DNA of 59,436 nt. Source: Candidatus Yanofskybacteria bacterium RIFCSPHIGHO2_01_FULL_41_21. Lineage in GTDB: Bacteria > Patescibacteriota > Minisyncoccia > 2-02-FULL-40-12 > GWA2-44-9. The notes below the pieces were generated by a model. That model did not search any database. It saw only the letters and a program-made list of their open reading frames with translations, and had not been told where the DNA came from. A program made the translations under genes and the position numbers. The DNA lies in contig MGJA01000013.1 of assembly GCA_001794025.1 (NCBI GenBank), forward strand, positions 1 through 59,436, written 5' to 3'. Below, one piece after another: positions 53,130-59,436 of this stretch (position 1 is the stretch's first letter; each line of letters opens with the position of its first letter).

Positions 53130-54863
53130 ATGAATTTAGAGGGGTTACATATTAAGGGTGATATCACGACCGCTGATGCGGATCGTGTTCGTTATTCTCA
53201 TGATGCGAGTATTTTTGAAGTTAAACCGGAAGTCATCATTTATCCCAAGGATAGTGAAGATGTAAAAAATCTCGTGAGATGGGTTGGGGAGCATAAGGCC
53301 GAACAGCCCTTCGACGATGCTCAGGGTAAACCCGAAATTTCATTGACTGCTCGTTCGGCCGGTTCAGATATGTCCGGCGGACCACTGAATGATTCTATTA
53401 TTCTTGATTTCACTAAGTATTTTAATCATGTTTTGGAAGTAGGCAATGAATATGCAGTGACGGAACCCGGTGTGTATTATCGGGATTTTGAAAAGGAAAC
53501 TTTGGCTAAGGGTTTACTCTTGCCTTCCTATCCCGCTTCTAGGGAAATATGTGCGATGGGTGGTATTGTTGCCAACAATTCTGGCGGTGAAAAATCTCTG
53601 GCATATGGAAAGACCGAGAAATATATTGAGGAATTAAATGTTGTTTTATCTGATGGTAATGAATATGTTTTCCGATCCCTGACTCCTGAAGAATTGGAAA
53701 TTAAAAAATCCCAAAATGATTTTGAAGGCCAGATTTATCGAGAGATGCATGCTCTCATCGAATCCAATTATGATGCGATTCAAAAAGCGAAACCGGATGT
53801 TTCTAAAAATTCTGCCGGTTATAATTTGTGGGATGTTTTAGTGCCTATAAATGAACTTGATCCCGTACGAAGTCGCGCTCGCGACTCTGTCGCGAGTCCA
53901 AAGGACCGTGGCGCGGCTACTTCGTACGGGATGAATCTGAATAAATTATTTGTCGGTTCGCAGGGTACCCTTGGTCTAGTCACTAAAATAAAATTTAAAC
54001 TCATTAAACCTAAAAAGTATTCAAAACTTTTGGTTATCTTTTTGAATGATCTTGCTCCTCTTGGTGATTTGGTTAATGAAGTGATGCAGTTTAAACCCGA
54101 AAGTTTTGAGACCTATGATGACCAGACACTAAAACTAGCTATTCGATTTTTGCCGGATCTTATAAAAAAAATGAAAGGCAGTGCCTTGTCTTTATTCTTT
54201 GAATTTACACCGGAAGCGATAATGATTCTGACTGGTGGTCTGCCAAAACTGGTCCTGCTCGCAGAATTTACAAGTGATGACGAATCGGAAGTTGATGAAA
54301 AATTGGCAAAGGTGCAGCAAATTGTTGAGTCAAAATTTAAAGCCAAGACCCATATTACTAAAGATTCCGAAGAAGCGGAAAAATACTGGACTATTCGCCG
54401 TGAGAGTTTTGCTTTGTTACGAAAACACGTTGGGGATAAACACACAGCACCGTTTATTGATGATGTGATCGTTCATGTTGACCAGTTGCCGACATTTCTC
54501 CCTAAACTTAACCAATTAGTCGGTGAATATCCCGGATTAACTTACACCATTGCCGGCCATGCCGGTGATGCAAATTTTCATGTTATCCCGTTGATGGATT
54601 TTCATAACGAAGCCAATCGTCAAGCTATCCCCGAATTGTCTGAAAAGGTCTATGATTTGGTTGTTTCATTGCACGGTTCAATTACCGCTGAACATAATGA
54701 CGGGCTGATTCGTACACCTTACCTTGGAAAAATGTATAGTCCGGAAATTATAGAATTATTTAAAAAAACCAAACAAATATTTGATCCGCAAAATATTTTT
54801 AATCCGCGCAAAAAAGTCGGTGGAACATTACAATACTCACTGGCACATATTTCAAAAGAATGA
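53130..54863 (+). CDS. FAD-linked oxidase (GlcD/D-lactate dehydrogenase family) with repeat-derived insertions
   Basis: FAD_binding_4-type N-terminus (ARSAGSDMSGG), C-terminal GSITAEHNDG. Confidence 0.75.
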   Translation: MNLEGLHIKGDITTADADRVRYSHDASIFEVKPEVIIYPKDSEDVKNLVRWVGEHKAEQPFDDAQGKPEISLTARSAGSDMSGGPLNDSIILDFTKYFNHVLEVGNEYAVTEPGVYYRDFEKETLAKGLLLPSYPASREICAMGGIVANNSGGEKSLAYGKTEKYIEELNVVLSDGNEYVFRSLTPEELEIKKSQNDFEGQIYREMHALIESNYDAIQKAKPDVSKNSAGYNLWDVLVPINELDPVRSRARDSVASPKDRGAATSYGMNLNKLFVGSQGTLGLVTKIKFKLIKPKKYSKLLVIFLNDLAPLGDLVNEVMQFKPESFETYDDQTLKLAIRFLPDLIKKMKGSALSLFFEFTPEAIMILTGGLPKLVLLAEFTSDDESEVDEKLAKVQQIVESKFKAKTHITKDSEEAEKYWTIRRESFALLRKHVGDKHTAPFIDDVIVHVDQLPTFLPKLNQLVGEYPGLTYTIAGHAGDANFHVIPLMDFHNEANRQAIPELSEKVYDLVVSLHGSITAEHNDGLIRTPYLGKMYSPEIIELFKKTKQIFDPQNIFNPRKKVGGTLQYSLAHISKE

Positions 54864-55525
54864 TTCAAATTTTACCCGCTATTCTGGCTGAGACACCGGA
54901 ACAATTCAAACAGATGGTGGAAAAGGTCTCTCCTTTTGCGTCTGTCCTGCATCTGGACACATCTGATGGAGTTTTTACAGATACTAAATTTATTGGCCCG
55001 GATGTCCTGGCATCTTCACCGGCAAATATTGAATGGAGTGCACATTTGATGGTTCAAAATCCTGAAAATATTATTTTGTCCTGGCTGGATCTGCCGAATG
55101 TTAAAAGGATTATTTTCCACATTGAGACCACTGACCCCGCTCTTGTCCACAAGGACGGGGTAAACAAAACTCAAGAAATCATTGATACTGTACACAATGC
55201 CGGGAAGGAGATAGGGATTGCGTTAAATCCAGAGACCAACATAGAAGCGGTGGAACCATTCATGGAGCAGGTTGATTTTGTCCAATTTATGTCAGTCCAT
55301 CCCGGTCAGTATGGTGCAGAGTTTCTGCCTGATGTTCTGAATAAGGTCAGTGATTTTCATATTAAACACCCAAATGTTAAAATAGCGATTGACGGAGGAG
55401 TTAATCCTGAACGGATACCGGCAATGCAAAAAGCGGGCGTTTCAATTTTTATCTCCGGAGGATATATTATGAATAGCGATAATCCTGAAAAAGCAATCGC
55501 AGAACTGAAGGATAGATTTCGTTAA
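54860..55525 (+). CDS. rpe: Ribulose-phosphate 3-epimerase-like protein
   Basis: HLDTSDG, MSVHPGQYG, IAIDGGV. Confidence 0.65.
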   Translation: MIQILPAILAETPEQFKQMVEKVSPFASVLHLDTSDGVFTDTKFIGPDVLASSPANIEWSAHLMVQNPENIILSWLDLPNVKRIIFHIETTDPALVHKDGVNKTQEIIDTVHNAGKEIGIALNPETNIEAVEPFMEQVDFVQFMSVHPGQYGAEFLPDVLNKVSDFHIKHPNVKIAIDGGVNPERIPAMQKAGVSIFISGGYIMNSDNPEKAIAELKDRFR

Positions 55526-55526
55526 G

Positions 55527-55619
55527 AATTAGTCCTTTGCCCCAGACCCATGAAACCAGTCCCGTCGGTTTCCCCAGCTTCGCTGGGACCCCTTCCGCTA
55601 CTGGGTCCAAGGACTAATT
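55527..55619 (+). repeat. Palindromic element, short form, with conserved core (copy 3 of 4)
   Basis: Outer IR AATTAGTCCTTTG / CCAAGGACTAATT; core 55540-55606. Confidence 0.85.
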
Positions 55620-55633
55620 TTTAACTACAACAT

Positions 55634-56662
55634 ATGCGTTATGACGTAATCACAATTGGTTCGGCATCACGAGATGTCTTTTTGAGTTCGCCAGATTTTA
55701 AAATAATCAATGGCGGGGAAACAATGGGGCAGATATTAGGGTTGCCTTTGGGTTCAAAAATTGAAGCGAAGAAAATTGTTTTTGCCACCGGAGGGGGTGG
55801 AACCAATACTGCTGTTACTTTTGCTCGTCAAGGATTTAAAACTGCTTGTATCAGTATTGTCGGGAATGATTTAAACGCCACGGCAATCCTGGAGGAATTG
55901 GCCAGCGAGAGTGTGGATACCAGCTTCTTTCAAAAACATATTGATGATATGACTGCATACTCTGTTATCTTGGTGCAAGACGGTGGAGAACGTGTAATTT
56001 TGTCATACAAGGGCGAAGGTCAACATTTTGAATCTTCACAGATTTCATTTGAACAACTTGAGGTTCACCCCGCCTCTGAAACAGGCGGGGCAAGTTGGCT
56101 TATGCTTGGAAGTTTAGGCGGACATTATGACCTTATAGAAAAAACATTAAATTGGGCGACTGATAAAGGTATTAAGATTGCAACCAATCCCGGTTCCAAA
56201 GAATTAGAATTAGGATTAGAAAAATTAAAACCGTTGCTTAAGCGATGTGCAGTAGTATCAATGAATCAAGAAGAAGCGGCGGGGTTGTTAGGACTAGAAT
56301 CTGATAAAGAAGAAGAAATATTTAAAGCTATGGATGAAATTGTAAACGGGATTTTTATTATGACCAAAGGCCATGATGGTGTGGCGGTGTCTGACGGTAA
56401 ATCAGTGTACCGCGCGGGCGTACCGGATTCGCCGATTGTGGAACGAACAGGAGCAGGGGATGCGTTTATATCCGGTTTCGTGGCTGAATATTCCCGTTCA
56501 GGCGATATTGTGAAATCAATTCAATTGGCGACCGCCAATTCTTCGTCAGTGGTAACTCAATATGGAGCCAAGGCCGGTATTTTAGAAAAAGGGAATACGG
56601 GTCTGTGGCCGTTAGTAGAAGTAACAATAAGTAATAAGCAAAAAGTAATAAGCAAAAAGTAA
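55634..56662 (+). CDS. PfkB-family carbohydrate kinase with 7-codon palindromic insertion
   Basis: GGGGTN and TGAGDAF motifs. Confidence 0.8.
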   Translation: MRYDVITIGSASRDVFLSSPDFKIINGGETMGQILGLPLGSKIEAKKIVFATGGGGTNTAVTFARQGFKTACISIVGNDLNATAILEELASESVDTSFFQKHIDDMTAYSVILVQDGGERVILSYKGEGQHFESSQISFEQLEVHPASETGGASWLMLGSLGGHYDLIEKTLNWATDKGIKIATNPGSKELELGLEKLKPLLKRCAVVSMNQEEAAGLLGLESDKEEEIFKAMDEIVNGIFIMTKGHDGVAVSDGKSVYRAGVPDSPIVERTGAGDAFISGFVAEYSRSGDIVKSIQLATANSSSVVTQYGAKAGILEKGNTGLWPLVEVTISNKQKVISKK

Positions 56663-56771
56663 TAAGTATGACAAATCGAAGTGAAAACTTCCAGAAAAGA
56701 TCCTTCGACTTTGCAAAAAATGTTATTCGGCTTATTAGATCTCAAATTTGCTTTTGACTTTTACCTTAATT

Positions 56772-58040
56772 ATGGATTCTTATCAAAAAATAGCCCGAAT
56801 TTTAAACACATCACCAGAGGCGTTGCAGGATTTGGATACAAAAATGATTGTTGTGACAGGAAAACAGGGTGTTATTGATAAAGTTGCTAAACAAAACGAC
56901 GAAACGGTTGGTCGCGTTCTTGAGGACTTAGGATTAACCCGTCAGTCAACCGCCGAAGAGGTCTATGATACTTTGACAGGAAAATTAATTGAAATTGATA
57001 AAAAATTGTTTGAATTGCTTGGACGACCAGATTTATCTAATCTATCCTCTGATTCAAGCAAAATACAAAATACGGCTTTTCAAGTTTTTACTCCTCCCCA
57101 AGGTCTATTTATTAAAAAAGAAAAAGTAGCCGAACTGCTGGCAAAGCAACCACCCCAGTCATTACTGGACCATTTTGATTATCAGAGTGTGGAGGAGTTG
57201 CTGGAGAAAGAAGGTTTTGCTTCCGTCGTGGCGGCTTTGCGATTTACCCAAACATCCGAATGGATGCGTCAATTTTTTGATGTGGCTTATGCCGATTTAA
57301 AACCGGAAGATTTTGAGAATAGAGATGTAGAAATTAAAGTTCTGGATATTAAATGGCTTACTATCGCTCAAAAATTTATGGGCAAAAAATTTCATAACGT
57401 CAGTCATCTAAAAGAATTTGGAATAATTTTTATCAGTCCCGATCCGATTGATATGCCCGGGGAGACATTACGGATGTTTATTTTGTTGTTACATTATCTA
57501 CATGAAGTCCCGTTTTATTCCGGTCTTTTCAGGAAATTTTTAAATGATTCTGATTTTGTAGCGAAACTTCAGTCGTTATTGCGAGGGGATGTGCTTGAAG
57601 AATCTGAAATATTAAAAATAAAATCTAAAAAATCTGCGGTGTGGTTGATTATTCAACGGTATCTAGCAAAAGATGATATTTATGATCCGCGTCTCGCCAT
57701 GCAGCATATCAGTCCTGAAGCGGAACATTGGTATCGGGTAGCTAATAATTTCGGGAAACTCGCCGAGGTTATGGGTGACAAGGAAGAAAAGTTCAGTATT
57801 TCATATTGGACAGAACTTGATCATGTTGGTGATTTCTTTAAAAATAAAGAAGGTGTTGATACTCTAGTCAGCTTTGATGTGGTAGATTTGATTATGTCCT
57901 TAGTTAAACAAGGCGAGATTAAATACCTCTATCATCAACAAGAAGCGATGTGGAATCATATTTTTTCCGAATATATGGGTCGGGACACAATGAATAAATT
58001 AACCGAAGAAAACATTATTAAAGGATTTATAGAACTTTAA
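56772..58040 (+). CDS. Hypothetical protein (422 aa)
   Basis: Long ORF; ATG 56772 preferred; no motif recognised. Confidence 0.5.
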   Translation: MDSYQKIARILNTSPEALQDLDTKMIVVTGKQGVIDKVAKQNDETVGRVLEDLGLTRQSTAEEVYDTLTGKLIEIDKKLFELLGRPDLSNLSSDSSKIQNTAFQVFTPPQGLFIKKEKVAELLAKQPPQSLLDHFDYQSVEELLEKEGFASVVAALRFTQTSEWMRQFFDVAYADLKPEDFENRDVEIKVLDIKWLTIAQKFMGKKFHNVSHLKEFGIIFISPDPIDMPGETLRMFILLLHYLHEVPFYSGLFRKFLNDSDFVAKLQSLLRGDVLEESEILKIKSKKSAVWLIIQRYLAKDDIYDPRLAMQHISPEAEHWYRVANNFGKLAEVMGDKEEKFSISYWTELDHVGDFFKNKEGVDTLVSFDVVDLIMSLVKQGEIKYLYHQQEAMWNHIFSEYMGRDTMNKLTEENIIKGFIEL

Positions 58041-58154
58041 AAAGCAAAACAGTATTACCCTTCTGGGTACGCGTCAAAATCCTGCTGGATTTTGCGCTCA
58101 CTCTCGCGCCATCGCGCTCCGAAAGCCCCTTCAGGGCAACACTATTTTGCTTTT
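58040..58154. repeat. Nested palindromic intergenic element
   Basis: Terminal IR AAAAGCAAAACAGT / ACTATTTTGCTTTT; internal CAAAATCC-TGCT-GGATTTTG. Confidence 0.7.
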
Positions 58155-58162
58155 AAAAAATT

Positions 58163-59077
58163 ATGACATTAAACGACTATTTAAAAAAAGCTCGAGAAGG
58201 AAGATATGCTATCGGACATTTTAATTTTGCGACGGAAGATGTTTTGAAGGCGATTGTGGCGGGAGCGAAAGAGGCCGGCGCGACGTGTGTTATGGTCGGG
58301 ACGTCGGAGGGCGAAGCGGAGTTCGTTGGTCTTAAAGAAGCGGTGGCGTTGGTTCGAGCGGTGGCTGATGATATGCAGTTTCCTGTATTTTTGAATGCCG
58401 ACCATTTTAAATCATTTGAGAAATGCAAAGAAGCAATTGATGCCGGATATGATTCTATAATTGCCGACCCCGTCAGAAGCCGCTCCGTTTCGGCTGTCTC
58501 AGGACAGCCTGCTTCTAACGGGGCAAGTGGTCTTGGTTTTCAAGAGAGAGTAGATATTACACGACAAGTTGTTGAATATGCCCGTTCTGTGAATCCGGCC
58601 ATTTCTGTGGAAGGGGAGCTTGGATATTTGAAGGGCTCGTCAGAAGTTCAGACAAAAATTGAAATTAGTTCGGCAGATTATTCAAAACCTGAAGAGGTGG
58701 CTGATTTTATTACCAAAACGGGAGTAGACCGAATGGCTGTGGTTTTTGGTAATATCCATGGCATTGTCACTGATCAAGAAGAAAAACTGGATATTGAACA
58801 TTTTTTAAAAATAATAGCGACCGCGCCACAACCCTATTATGTTTTACACGGTGCGTCAGGATTAAAAGATGAAGACATTAAATTAGTTATTCAAGCCGGT
58901 ATTACAAATATCCATTTCAATACAGAACTTCGGGTAGCTTATCACGATAAACTGAAAGAGGAATTTACCGACCCATCTACTTCGTCTGAGACCACTCCCT
59001 ACAAATACCTCGCTCCCGCCGCCGAAGAAGTCAAAAAATTAGTGATGGCAAAAACTCGCTTGTTTATAGGTCGTTAA
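58163..59077 (+). CDS. fba: Class II fructose-bisphosphate aldolase with 18-codon palindromic insertion
   Basis: YAIGHFNF, NADH, GELG, FGNIHG, VLHGASG. Confidence 0.85.
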   Translation: MTLNDYLKKAREGRYAIGHFNFATEDVLKAIVAGAKEAGATCVMVGTSEGEAEFVGLKEAVALVRAVADDMQFPVFLNADHFKSFEKCKEAIDAGYDSIIADPVRSRSVSAVSGQPASNGASGLGFQERVDITRQVVEYARSVNPAISVEGELGYLKGSSEVQTKIEISSADYSKPEEVADFITKTGVDRMAVVFGNIHGIVTDQEEKLDIEHFLKIIATAPQPYYVLHGASGLKDEDIKLVIQAGITNIHFNTELRVAYHDKLKEEFTDPSTSSETTPYKYLAPAAEEVKKLVMAKTRLFIGR

Positions 59078-59080
59078 TAT

Positions 59081-59285
59081 CCCTCCACCCCAACCCCCGA
59101 CTTAATTATCCGTAAAATTGTACTAGCGTCACTTGGAGTACACTCTTATCCCCAGACCCAGGGAACCAGTCCCGTCGGTTCCCCTAAAGGGACCCCCTCC
59201 ACTACTGGGTCTAAGAGCATACCCCAAGTGACTTAGAGTGAAATTACTCTGCGACTTCTCGCTTAGGGTTAGGGTGTTAGTCGCT
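59081..59285 (+). repeat. Nested palindromic element, long form, with conserved core (copy 4 of 4)
   Basis: Collinear with 42806-43024 including flanks; core 59150-59211. Confidence 0.85.
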
Positions 59286-59436
59286 ATTTAATCCGTATTT
59301 TTGCTTTTCTTGCGGATTTTTTTTAATGTGATATAATCTTGGCTACCAATCAAAGGTAAATTCCCCTCTCAAGTGCAACTTTCAGTAGTAGCTTCTCTCT
59401 GTTTCTCTTTTAATATACCGGATACTTGTGCTACCT

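Noticed and set aside
42806-59285. Dispersed repeats as a CRISPR array
   Set aside because: Copies are kilobases apart and separated by genes, not regularly spaced with short unique spacers. No cas genes are present.
1-59436. Alternative genetic code (UGA recoding, as in some CPR lineages)
   Set aside because: Long conserved genes (ATPase, glgA, tgt, trxB, fba, the 5 kb surface protein) are uninterrupted under the standard code, and several end at TGA next to terminators.

Overview
The window is about 40% GC with compact, mostly co-directional genes in the standard genetic code. Gene content suggests a reduced-genome CPR/Patescibacteria-like bacterium: GH57 plus GlgA, an RRM protein, DUF5652, a GT39 mannosyltransferase, a cohesin/dockerin pair and a giant surface protein. 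This lineage call is inference only.

Layout:
- 1-2.1 kb: the 3' part of a P-type ATPase gene and a tRNA-Asn(GUU) gene split by a compact group I intron.
- 2.1-7.2 kb: a phage-derived module on the minus strand, with a large serine recombinase, TerL, two TerS-like HTH proteins and a ParB-methyltransferase, but no virion genes.
- 7.2-7.85 kb: a ~600 nt ORF-free, hairpin-rich region.
- 7.85-18.5 kb: a plus-strand accessory (defence-like) array. It holds a Zn-ribbon membrane protein with a PD-(D/E)xK protein, a helicase-less type IIG/ISP-like R-M enzyme coupled to DUF2726, and an uncharacterised operon (212 aa, ~990 aa all-alpha, Rx4H HEPN-like, 98 aa) ending in a thermonuclease. The uncharacterised operon is my best candidate for an undescribed system.
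- 20-22.6 kb: an islet bounded by a 38-bp direct repeat, carrying GHKL ATPase, STAS-like and GIY-YIG genes.
- 23-59 kb: envelope, redox and sugar-phosphate housekeeping genes.

The housekeeping region is littered with nested palindromic elements. Several sit in frame inside conserved enzyme genes (RPE-like), two form conserved start-codon-sequestering leaders, and four share an asymmetric conserved core.

All product calls come from motifs read by eye. No database search or RNA folding was run.
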